This document shows positions 13,201 to 26,200 of a DNA stretch of 64,000 nt, in pieces. This stretch comes from Saccostrea cucullata. Taxonomy: Eukaryota. The DNA is taken from assembly GCF_032062105.1 (NCBI RefSeq), contig NW_026940311.1:1-64000 (forward strand). The letters are read 5' to 3'. Position 1 is the stretch's first letter. Every line of letters starts with the position of its first letter. Position numbers and translations under genes: made by a program. The notes below the pieces were generated by a model. It was not told the origin of the DNA. It ran no database searches and saw nothing but the letters and a program-made list of their open reading frames with translations.

Positions 13201-16200
13201 TTAAACAGATTAATACTTTCTTCTTCATTCCAATCATTCTGTTTCTCTCCCCCCTCCATTTCCCCGTCAACAACCAACACCTACAAGAACCTAGGAATGA
13301 CTTTATGCAATAAAATCTACATGTACTAAAAACCAATAAGCAAATATAGGTAAAAGCACATTTTTTCATTTTTTTCTTAGTTTTATCCAGAAAATACAAT
13401 TAATGGTACACATAAAATTAAACATATTTCCCTGATTTATGCCGCTTTCTTTGCTGAATTTTATCTTAATTAAGTTATCTTTTTGCATTTATATATCACC
13501 ATATCATCGAGGTATTTCTTTACAACTGAAATTGCTATGAATTTTCAACCAAAGGAAGAGAATTCTAATATTAACAAAATCCATAATTCAAATAAAACTG
13601 TTATTAATGATGAATAAATTTTCTTTTTGTAAATTGTGTACGTTATTGATCATTAACAACTTTATGCCAATATCACAGTTGCAAAAGTAACAGGTAAAAA
13701 CAAACGTCGCTATTGTGACGTCACATAACGCTGCTTTGACGTAGAACGACATAGGTCCCCCCTTAACAGATACATTTGTGTCTATGTCACATTTAAATGA
13801 AGCATGCAAAAGTGAAGATTTCAAAGATCTGGGTATTGGAAAAATTATAATAAGATCTAATATGTAAATATTATGTGCATGAAAAAAATACTGTTTTAAA
13901 TTAGAACATACCAAATATATCTGAAATCTTCACAATATTTTCATTTAAATGAGCAACAGAGAGAGAGTCAGCAATTGTACGTAAGTGAGTAATACAAGTG
14001 TGAAGAGACGTCACATGCATTTTCCCCCCTCCTTCCACAGAAGAGCTACAGAGAGCTAGACCTAAATATAAATATGTATTCTGTCTACATATGTGCTTTA
14101 TATACAGTTACTCACAAAAGTAAGTTTGCACACAGTATAAAGGTAAAGACACCACGGTGTTTGGCAAAAATTGAGCGTGACACATTGTCATAGAGCTGAT
14201 ACTGGAAATGATCCTTGAGGTATCGGAGGCGACGTTCTAGTATTTTGGATTTATTGCTGTAATTAAATGCACAACAGTGTTATAAAAGGAGGGGTTTATG
14301 ATAAGGATGATAATGAAAAGAGTTTTATTATAATGACTTGATTGTTTGACTTTATGTTTCCCAGATATAAGTATTTAAGGATGTGAAATGTATATTTTGT
14401 ATTATGTTTTCCACACACATATAGAACATGATGAAATGTATAACTGATTGGTAAAAGATAATCTTTGCAAATATTACTGCTCAGAATGGTCAAGATCCAT
14501 AGACCAACTGCAATGGGCTGCTGATAAAATTTAGTTAACAAACATGTTGACAAAAAAACAATCAAAAACAAGTTCAAAGTACAATACAACAGTTTAATAC
14601 AATACAGTTGAAATACATGTATTTAATCAAATGCATAATATACTCAGTATATCATTAAATCTTAAAGTGAAACTGCTAACAAATTTCTACGATTTTTTAA
14701 AAACTGAACAAAAATTTCTATGATCTTCCATGAATTATTTTTCCTGAAGGTCTAAAAATAGAACTGGTGACCTACCTGTCCTGGATGGACATGATGTAGA
14801 GGTTGACAAACCAGGTCAGGGAGTACTGGTACATGGGGTCAATGTTGGGGAGATCAGCGATGGAGAAGAAGAGGATAGAGGAGTGCTTGGCGATGGGACG
14901 GTAGCCCATACGACTGGTGTCTATCTTCTGTTCTGTCTCCTCCGCAATCTGTAATCAACGTAATAAATTTGTAATTACATTACAAATGTAACACAAATCT
15001 GTATTAAATGTATTAGATATGTAATTACATTAAAAAAATAATACCAGTCTGTAATTAATATAATTTATTTATGACATTACAACTGTAATAGAAATCTGTA
15101 ATAAATGTAATAGATTTGTAATTACAATACAATTGTAATAGCAATCTGTAATCAATGTAACAGATTTATAATTATAACATTACAAAGTTCTACTAATAAC
15201 AAAATCTGTTCCTATTGAATCCATGAGACAAAATGTTAACAAGTTGACAACCCTATTACTAGATTTTACAAAGCAGTCATAATTTACAAATAATTTCTCA
15301 CAGGGACTCCTAAACACTGAGGACTATACCTTCTGTTTCTTGGAGATTTCATCTGAGAGAATTTTGGAGGAGTCAAGGACCTTGATGGCTGACTCATCCT
15401 CGAGGATGTTGCCCTCGGAGGCAGATAGAGTGTGGAGGATCTTGTCCTCAATCTCCTTCAGGGCCTTTCTGTTGGCGGCACTCTGTACAATCAGGGCCTG
15501 ACGCTCCTCTTCTAACTCTGGTCTGTAATGAAAATTCAAAAATAAGAAAAAAGTGTTTTCTTAAACAATCACGTCAACTCTCCGTGTAATTTTATTTTTA
15601 ACAAAATTTCATGCTTGGGTTGTAATTTGTTGATTCTTTAGAAAAATAGATAAAATATCACAAAATTTTTTTACTACAGACACACATATTGTACTAAAAT
15701 GCTAAGCTGTATTACAGCATACAAGCATCAGAGAGAGTGTGCAAAGGCATTCAATGTGTTCAGAATTTCTAATTATTTCCTCTACCCACCTTTCTTTAGC
15801 GACCACAATTCCCAGCAGCTGATCCTCCAGACCCTCTGGGGTGATCATGAAGTTGAGGAGGGACACTTTGACTGCGATTTCGGGGAGGTAGTGGGGGTTC
15901 CTCAGTTTAGTGGTGATGTAGAATCTGAAGTCCTTACTGTACTCAATCACATTCTCACCAATCTTGATCATGTCAACTCCAGCTGTGTAATGTTAAAAAG
16001 TGCTTTAAAAAATTACAAAAAAACAGCTTGACGAAAACATAATGGTCTTTGAATTATTTTGTTACTTGGATGAAGTTCTCACCAAAGAACCCTTAGAAAT
16101 AGTAATGTAATCACTTAAAAGTCCACATATATACAGAATCTTAAATCTTTTTCAGCAACCAGTATTTTTGACCTTTTTGTACTTACATTAATTTTGACCT

Positions 16201-19200
16201 TTTTGTACTACCCAGTAATGTTGACCTATTTGTACTGACCTTGTTTGTATGTTTGTTTCAGAAGGAGAGGCTCCAGGGAGGGGTCCAGCTCCTCTGCCAC
16301 GTTCTCCAGCAGTAAGGGGTTCCCAAAGGTGATACAATTCTCCAGGGTCCTCATGTAGTCAGAATCGGTCAGTTTGATCACTGACAGTTTGAATTCTTTC
16401 TCCATGTTCTTGACCCACTTATTAGCCTGACCTTGAGGGTCAATCATCAAAGGCCTTGAAATAAAGAGGTTTTTATTTAATAGTTAAATTTATTTTTTTT
16501 CAAATATTGAACATCCTTTCATAAATAACCCATATAACATTAGATAATTCAGATAATCAGAAATTTACTCAAGGCTAAATTATAGACATTGTTAGCAAAA
16601 TATTAGACAAGTCTATTTCCAAAACCTAAATTAATAAATACATAGTTGAATTCAGATAAGCCAATTTTAGATACTGAAGTACATCTAGTACTAAAAAAAG
16701 ATAGTTACCATCTCCTTGAGTTGGCTACAATGACACCATTATCAATGGAGAAACTATCTCTTGGCAATCCAAAGATATTCCAGGCCTGGATTTTGATTGG
16801 CTCTCCAAGAGTCTTGCTGAGAGAGAATTCCTGGGAGCAAGGGATTTGTCTATCCTGCATTGCAAAAAAGCATGTAGAGTCATGGTATATTGACTATATT
16901 CATGATTGTAATAAAAAAATAAAGTTAAATTTTATCAATGTCCCAATTAAAATGCAAGGGGACTATTATATATTTTAAGAAGCTATTTCTAATTTTGCAG
17001 AAGTTAGATAGTGCAATATGCTATTTTCAGTAGAAAGTTAAGTTTTAACTTACAAAGAAGAATTGACTTACTGTGCAGACTTTCACCCAGTCCACTGTAC
17101 ACTGTTCTCTGAAGGCCATAGTGAAAGGTCCCAAGTACGCGATGACACCAGCCGATATCAAGACATCACCCACCAAGTTATCATAAATGTTCTGTAAATT
17201 CTCTGCGGCTGCAGTCCACCTAGCCTTTTCTCCTCCAAGTCCACCAATCAGCTTCTTGGCTCTCTCCAACTTCTTTCCACAAAGATCCACCTGGAATTCC
17301 AGCTGTTCCTTCTTGTCAGTCATCTCTTTGAACGTGGCCTGGAGATCAGCCAAGCGTTTTTCTACAGCTGCCAGTTCAGCACGTTTCTTGTTCAGTTGGT
17401 CCATGGTTGTCTTCAACTCGGCTTCGGCCTCGGCTAATTTGACCTTTTTCGGGGCCACCACTTTGGCTACCCTGTCGTAGATTTCCATGGCCATGATCCA
17501 TTTACACAGACCCTCTGCAGCAGAGGAGGCATTGGCCACTTTAGCAGGGTCAAACTCAGGGTTAGAAATGTACTCTTTCCTGATCTTCTGCATAACATGG
17601 ACCTAAAAAGGCAAAAAAAATGGCAAATATATTTCAAAGCCAATTATGACACTTCCCCGACAAATATTTTCAAAACGTTTATCCATCATATCATTTCAAA
17701 TGTTTGAATTTAAGAATTTTGAATGAATTATGTACAATACAAATATTCTAATAAGTATCATTTAAAGGCATTTTTCTTTTCAGCATTCATAATCTAATTT
17801 TTTCAACTTTGAAAACCCATTTATAGTTTATCTCCCCTACTTTAACCCCTTTTTCAAAGAACTTCATTGCTAGCCACTGACTCTTCCAACACTTACAGGG
17901 ATGTTGTCCTTATCGTACTCCTTAAGCATGCTCAGGAAGCTCATGTCTCCCAGCAGTTTTTTGGAGGGTCCCCAGTAGTCGAGGATCTTCTGTCCTGGTT
18001 TATCGGGGTCATTAATCTTGTCTGGTTTGATGTCCTTCATTACACACACAGCGGCCATGACAAGCTTGACACCAGCTGGGGGCTGCTTCATAGACTTCAC
18101 AATGGTGATATCTTGTGGCTGTAAAAGATAATAAAATTAATATTCAATAAAACATTATCTTAAACTTGATAGGACTGAGAAACAACATCGAGATATCCCA
18201 AAATTTATGATATTATGGGTTGAATATTTAACAATATGTGGTTGGGACTTCCAAACCACTTGAACTTATCCATGGTATTCAAGATACCAGTGTTCAAGAC
18301 ATTGAAGTTCAACTGTTTTCCTTCAAGTTTAATTTTATCATCATAACCCATATGAAAAATTTTGAGTCCTAAAAGACTGGCCTATTCAGGCATTCTCTAA
18401 CCTTGAGTGTGTTCAAGGCAGCCAAGGCAGCCTCCAGAGCAGGAATGGCCTCGGCTAATTCTGCCTCACATTCGTCCTTGAGGGCCTGAGCCTGAGCGGC
18501 CTGCTCGTTGGCCACCGCCTCGTCTGCTCGCACCACCTTACTGGTGGCCTCCACCTCTACCGACTCCTTCTCGATGACCACCATCATCTTGGCGTTCTCC
18601 TCCTGGGACACCACCAGCTGAGGCTGTAGTTCCTCAAGTTCTTTTTGCATGGTAGCTACCTTTAAACACACAGAGAAGTGAAGTCAATGAGAGTCCATCA
18701 ACCCTACATAAATTTACCAATGCTTAGAAAAAAACATAAGAATTTTTGCTTCATTTTTTGTTTTTAAATCTGTACAATTTTTTTGCATTTTTAATTTGGC
18801 ATTTATTGCTAAAAAATCTATAATTCAAATAAAAATTTGGAAAGCAGTATGCTTTTTTACTGATATAATTATGAATTATGTGTACATATATAAAGTGTTT
18901 ATAGTGCTGATCTTTGAGACTGAGCAATCCACGGTGATTTACCTGTGAAGCAGCAAAAGCCAGCTTCTCTAATCCCACCACATATCTCCTCTTGGCCTTC
19001 ATGGTCTCATCTTGCTTCGTGGACAGTAAATTCTTAAAAGAGTTGATCAACTCCAGATATGATGTAGGAGTGACGTAATTATGTCGGCCCAGTTCTGAGA
19101 AATACCTATCAGACAATCTGATGGTACTCTGATGGAAATACTTGACAATGTGTGTGGTCTCCTTACGTTCATTGTCTGCTAGCTCGACCTGCTCCAAGAA

Positions 19201-20174
19201 TTTATTGGCTACTCTCTCCAAGGCATCATCTGGCCAAGTCTATAAAAATAGCCATGTTCATTAACTGATGTAATTAACATCCTTCAGAGTTTATTTACCA
19301 TACTTAGTAAGATTGATTCAGTAGGATTACTTATAACATATTTACTAATTTACATAAACATATTTAGATCGAATGAATTTGCTTTCATGAAGAGGTTAGT
19401 TGTCCAGGTGTGACGTTAAGATGAAGGAGGAATTCAGTTTAAGAACAGTACAAACCTGGAACCAGTCAATGGTGCAGCAGTTAATGAGGGCGGGGAACTG
19501 TCTTAGTCTGTTTCTGAAGGCATCTCCAATAGGACTGAAGGCAATGATGATATGTAGGTTCTCACGACAACGGTTTACAAAGAAGGCAAACAATGCCAAG
19601 GGACTGAAGTCAGCCATCTTGTCTCCAGCCTGGGCATGTGGTCTTACAGCCTTAAATATAGAAAATGGCACGTTAGTATATTCAATTTGATAATATAATA
19701 TATACTCTATCACACTTTAAAGTCTTCATGTCAAGAACTCTGAACATCATTTTTGTAGAATGAATTATCCTACTTTGTATCTCACATAGATTAGAATTTC
19801 AATTTATTTACAAAAGTTTCTCCCAATTCTTTTTTAAAAATTTTATTCTTATACCAAGTACATATAAAAAGAAAATAAAAGAAAAATTGTCTTGACATTT
19901 TTAAAAATTTTACTTTGTCAATTTACCCTCCTCTTTTTAAAGTGTACGCAACTCACCTCCATGATTTCTGCTTTCTCGTCAGCAGCAAACAGATTGGGGA
20001 CTTCTCCTGTGTTCAATAAGTTATCAATATCCTCCAAGAAGGACTCCTCCTTAATCTGAGTGTCTGTGATCAGGAACACAGTTGTCTTTCCCTGGGCTCC
20101 ACAGCTTGTCAATACAGACTACAAAACAAAGAGGGATTACTTTAATTTTCTAGTTAACAGAGAAAATAACAACC

Positions 20175-20207
<33 letters not shown>

Positions 20208-23200
20208 ACACACACAAATATAAAACTCACATCAAATTACCATTTAAAAATTTTTAAAAAATGAAGAAAATTATATATACGAGGGTTGTTAGAAAAGTTC
20301 GCGGACACATTGAATTACGGAAAATCTGTTGTGTACTGTGAAGTATGACCTATGTCTGAATTAATTCCTACATTTTGTTTATTAGTATGTAAAAAATCAG
20401 GTCCATTTACTAAAATCTTGAAAATTTACAACGATTTTTACTATGAGGTCATAGGATTCACGGAACAATCCCTAGACGTAAGGCGACGTGACAACAAGAT
20501 TTCAATCCGTTATGCTTTGTCGCAGTACTTTCCTTTTCTCGGATTTTTCTTATCTTTTTTCTACTTTAAAATTGAATATCTATATCAAGACATGTTACCT
20601 TTCTACCATAATGTCTTTTGTACTAATTCGGATTGTATTGATTCGGATATTTTTGAGATCTGTAAAAACGTCTATGCAGTCAATTGATCAGGTACGAAAA
20701 CTATGCAAAACCATACAGGCACAACGTCCATGCGATAAGAGGCTATAGAAGTATCGATTATCATTCAAAATTTTAATCCTTCCATTTATATGAAATTACA
20801 ACCATTTGAAAACTTTTGTCCTCTGTGTGCGTAGGAAATTCCCGGCAGCATCTTGAAAGTTTTAATCTCTTTTTAGACATTTTACTACACACATAATTTT
20901 TACGTATAGTGCAGTGCTCCATGACGCTCAATGACGTTCCGATTTTTGGCTGTGTTTTTACGTGTTGATCATTTATAAATGGCTATAAAACAGTCATATA
21001 CCCTCCAATTTAATTCAAAATTTCTCCAGGTGACGTTTTATGTATACTTTAGCGATAGGTAAAATATCATAAATCTCTGCGCGCTGCAATTGTGCAATTT
21101 TTAATTTTAATAAAGATTCTTTGTAATGTAAACGTGCCAAAATGGAGCATGCTCCGTGAAGCAAGATTTATCAAATTTAAAAAGCCGTATATTTTTCAAT
21201 GATCATCGGAGAGCACCAAATTTTTGTATATTTATTGGAAAATATGTTAAGATTTTATCTGGAAAGTTTGACCGTTTTCGTGGAAATAGCGCGCTCACAA
21301 TAGAACTTGTCTGCGAACTTTTCTAACACCCCTCGTATTCTCTTCTTTCTTTCCTACTTTGTGAGAAAAAGCAGTCTTTACAGAAGCATTCGCCAACTGT
21401 GTACCGTGTATTTTATTAGTAAATTGTTACCTTAATGTCCTCTCTCCATTCTACTTTGCCATAATTTTTAGAGATTTCTGGCTGGAACAGATTGTATCCA
21501 GCCATAGCAGTAGCCAGCCTGGTCAGAGATTGACGTCCGCTACCACCCACTCCCACCAGTAAAGCATTGCCTCCTGGGATACGTAAAACTCGACAAATTC
21601 GGGACAAGTGTTCAAGCACATATCTAGGAAAAAGTAGTATTCAGACAATAAAATATTACTAAACATACACACTATCGCATTGTAATATGTATATGTAACT
21701 ATATCATATCTTAATGGGGTCAATTTTTTAAAATCTTAAACTTTTCAATGTTACATTCAATGTTCATATTTTAACCCAAATATTTGTAATTGAATTTAGA
21801 TTATATAATGTATATTCACAATTAAGATTGTGAAAGACAGATCTGAGCTAGACATACCTAAATATAACAAGATTCATCCTGTTTTTATGTGTATTATTGT
21901 ATTCCTCTAGACACTGTTCTACAATTTTGTACATTTCATCCAGAGACGTGACCTCAAGGTACACCCTCTCATCTGCCTCCGCGTCAGGGTTCATGTAATC
22001 CCCAAACATCAAAGATCTTAGATCCTCCTCACGAACCTACAAGTACAGGTATTGTACAGTATAGTTGATATCAAAACCTCTTATTCAACAATATTGTACA
22101 AGAAAATTATCCCATTTACCGGTAATTTAGTTCTATAAATTAAAACTGGATCCTTGGTGATATGTCAAACTCAGATTTCTAATAATAAAATCACTTTACT
22201 CTAAACACTCTTCTAACTTATGCCAATATTAAAGGCCAGTATCTGTTTTCAATCTAACATACGTTGAAAAATAGAATACAACAAATTTCACTAGTCTAAG
22301 AGTACAAATTTAAAGAAGTCTATTAATGATTGGGAAATATCTGGGTTTAAACATTTGCATGTGTCAACAGAGAATTATAGAAGCATAATCTATTAATCAA
22401 AGCTCTGGTTTTTGTGAAATTTCTATCTTTTCTAAGACATTATAACAAGATTCTATCTATTGGCATGATTGGTAACTAAACATGTTAACACTCAGTCTGG
22501 TTCAAAATACATTATGTACATATCCTGCCACTCTACCAGTGATGGAGTATAGATTAGATCACAGATTTACTACTAGTTTAGAATCTAGCTGAATGATAAA
22601 TCTCTGATTGTCTATGTCACTAGATACTAATTATATACCGGTAGCTAATTTCTGATCTACATCTGAATAAATTTCAAAATTTCTTGTTTATTTATAAGCA
22701 AGCTCTCATTAAGTATATCTACTGAAGCTCTCACTCTAGTCTATACAGATAGAGAACAGCCATTGTCTTACCTTTGGCTAATTAATAGCAATCAAAATAA
22801 GTTAAAAATAAGAAATCTTTTCATTTGGATAGGGGTTTTAAAAAAAAATGATAGTTAATGATTATAGAAAAGAATCCTTTTTTAGCAACTTTGCAATGAA
22901 AATTTTCTATCAAAATTTTAAACCAACTGCGAGAAATCAAAGCAGTTTATAAAATTTAGATCCAAAAAGGCTTGATCGCGAAAATTTAATAGATTTTATA
23001 TCAAGTTAATGATTTTATATCAAGTTTGAAATTAATTAATCTATTGGTCATCTTCCTTTTAAGCCAGAGCACTTGAAAATTTATATTATAAAGATTATAT
23101 ACTTGTCATTCTGGCAATGAGAAATGACAAAAACTCACCTTTACACCCTAAATGATAAAAAAAATTAATATCATAATGTTAAAAAGAAAATAATCAAGAT

Positions 23201-26200
23201 AAATATTTATAATAGGCATTTAATACTTTCAATCTATAATCAGAATACATTAATCCAAAGTCTTCTTTACATAAACCTGGAACATGTACCAACACCAAAA
23301 GACTGATGAAACAATATAATAACTAACATCAGTTTTCAAGTTAATTTGTTCCTCTTTATTAAACCATTGTTACCTTGCCCTCGCCTGTGCCATCTCCTGC
23401 CAAGTGTTCAAAGATGACATCAAAACTCTCCTTGAAGTATTCCTTACATACACTGCCTGTGCTCCTAAAATTCACAAAGTCATCAAATTTAAAATTAATA
23501 CAGTATTTTTAATCATTTATTGTCAAAATGCATGTAAATAAATTTAAAAAATCAGTGAATATAGTAAACTTTGCCCATGCAAATTACAAAAAAAAAAATT
23601 TAAATATATATTTTTTTCTTAAATGCCTCTTCAGTTCACATTTATGCATGCATTTTCTTTTATTCTTTCATGTTTTAGTTTAATTGAATTAACTAACATC
23701 TAGATTTGTTAAATACTTGAGCAATAAAGCAAAAGAGGGGATAAAAATCCCAAGTTTAGAGTACATATACAGATGATTCTTAGTTTTGAATAATCTGGAA
23801 AACTCCATAACAAATACAAACTTAAATAGCCAGGCTCTATCAGCATCATCTGTCAGACGATCATAGAACACTCTCATCACTTCATGTACCCACAATCTGA
23901 AAAATTTTTAAGACATATAGTCATTGCCTCATAGCTCCAATCTAAATCATTCAAAGTTTGTCAATTAACACATGCAATGTATTCTCTTAATTTTTATGCT
24001 TGTGAATGCATATAGATTAGGGAGTTGATTTTTTTTTTTTCAAACATATGTTGACTTGTGTAAACAAACTTTAAGGTATTACTAAATAAAAGCGGATTCC
24101 TTACCTAATCATAGTTCTCTTGCTTTCCACCTCATTTTTCTTTATTAAACAGATTCCAAGAATGACTCTGGAGAAATCTCGCAAGTTAAAGACATAGTGG
24201 GATTTAGCTGGTGTCGGCAATAGGTTAGCTATAGCCTGCTTATACATGTCATTGGTGGCTGCTACAATCTGGTTACCCAAGGCATAATACTCCGTAGAAA
24301 ATTCTCCTTGCTGTAAAAAAGATATTAATAATTAATGAGAATCTGAGAAAAACTGAAACGTTTAGACAATTGCACAAAATGACTGTATTGAGCTTTGTTC
24401 ACTTCAATCTTCTTTAAAATGGAAACTTGTCAAAATAACTTTAGAATAAATGTTTTCTAATGAGTAAAATATTTTCATTCTTTGAACCAGCAGTTGCTTG
24501 AAATTTTTTGAATCATGATCCAGAGAGATAATAATTTCTTCATAAGGATTTCATTTAACAGTTGTAAATATCATAATCTAACACTAACCCTTAAGTAGGT
24601 AGTCAAAAGAATAGAGAAAATCTTAATCATGGTTTCTTCACTGAATGGATTTATTCCGACGATATTATAATGACGTAAGAATCGTGCGGTGACATCGTTC
24701 CTGCCACCACCTGGTGGTCCCATGGCCGCCAAGAACAGGACGTCTTGTAGTGTTATCTTGCTGGTATCTTTCAAGTCATACCTAAAACAAACATACACTT
24801 CTTTATAAAAACTATCAAACCTTCATCATAAAAACATTCACTATACCTCTTATTTTTAGGCTTAATTAATGCATGTAATTAAAAGTAACCAATCTTTTCA
24901 TAAACATTCATAATTAGAAAAATTTGGAAGTGGCTTGAAATCATCTTTAAACTTAACACTACTTTCTAGACTTTTGAGCATTGTATTTTAAGAATTCCAA
25001 GTCAATAAGAAATTTTCATTAAGTGCAGGATGCATTTTTTACACATGTACATTCAATACATTCCTGTCCCGTTGTGAGATTAGTATTATTACTTTTTAAT
25101 TAATAAGGCAGCTGTATAACATACCAGTATCCGTGATCAATATACTGCCTCAGTAGCTCTATAGGGGGCTGGGCTCCATAAACCTCCTTCTGGGGCATGT
25201 TGAGATCATCAACAAAGATGATAGCCTTCTTCCCCATCTGTGGTCCGAACACCCCCTTCCTCCTCTTGTCCAGACGTGACATGATGATGTTCTGGGTCTG
25301 GTTAGCACTCGTCTGGGCGGAGAAATTGACGAAGGCTGGGAGATATCTGTCCTTCTCTAGGTGGTTCATTAGTTTGTCCTGGACGTACACACTCTTACCA
25401 GTACCAGTAGGGCCCACAAACAGGATGGGTCTGAAATACATTGGAACTTTTTTGTATCATATACACGTTTTGAAAATTTTGTACTGAATATATTTAGTGC
25501 ATATTAAGTTTTTAATAAGAACTGAATAAAATTTTATAGCACTACATAAAACTTTTCTGAGTATTTCATACAGAATATAATGTAAATATAAGGATCAGGT
25601 ATATGCTTTATGTCCTCAAAAACTATTTCATTTGGCTCAGCCTCTTAATACATATAATATCCACTGACAGATATTAAATGATTCTGAGGTTTTTCTCTAT
25701 GTTTAAGGAGGCTGGGGGGTCAACAATTTAACCATAAAGTAACCACCAGATTTAACTTATTTTTTTAGATAGATCCCACATTCATTTGAAAAAAATCATA
25801 AATTTTAGTTTTAAATTTTGATCATTTTCTATATCTTTATATGGAGCTCTCCTTTTAAAGGAGATAGAAATAGTCTGAAAATGGCTGCCACCCCCCAGCC
25901 TCGTTAAGGAGACCCACCTGTCATGTTCAATACAGAGAGATAACAGATAGGTGTATCTGGCAGTGTCCATGGTGGGGACCAACATTTCTCGGATTTTCTT
26001 GGCTTTACTCTCCTGACCTTTAATGAGGTCATTCCAGTGGTGCCAGGTACCTCTGGCCTTAAACTGAAACAGAAAAAGAGCAATTTTTATTCATTGCTGT
26101 ATAATTCTCTGTTACATGTACTTCTTTCACTCAATGAACGTCAAGTTTTTTGTGTCAATTCTATAACATTTTTGTAGCCCATAAAGTCTACAAAAAATTT

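Noticed and set aside
20352-20748. Plus-strand ORFs inside the mariner element as a transposase or captured gene
   Set aside because: No DDD/E motifs; the only transposase-like remnant is on the opposite strand and interrupted by a stop.
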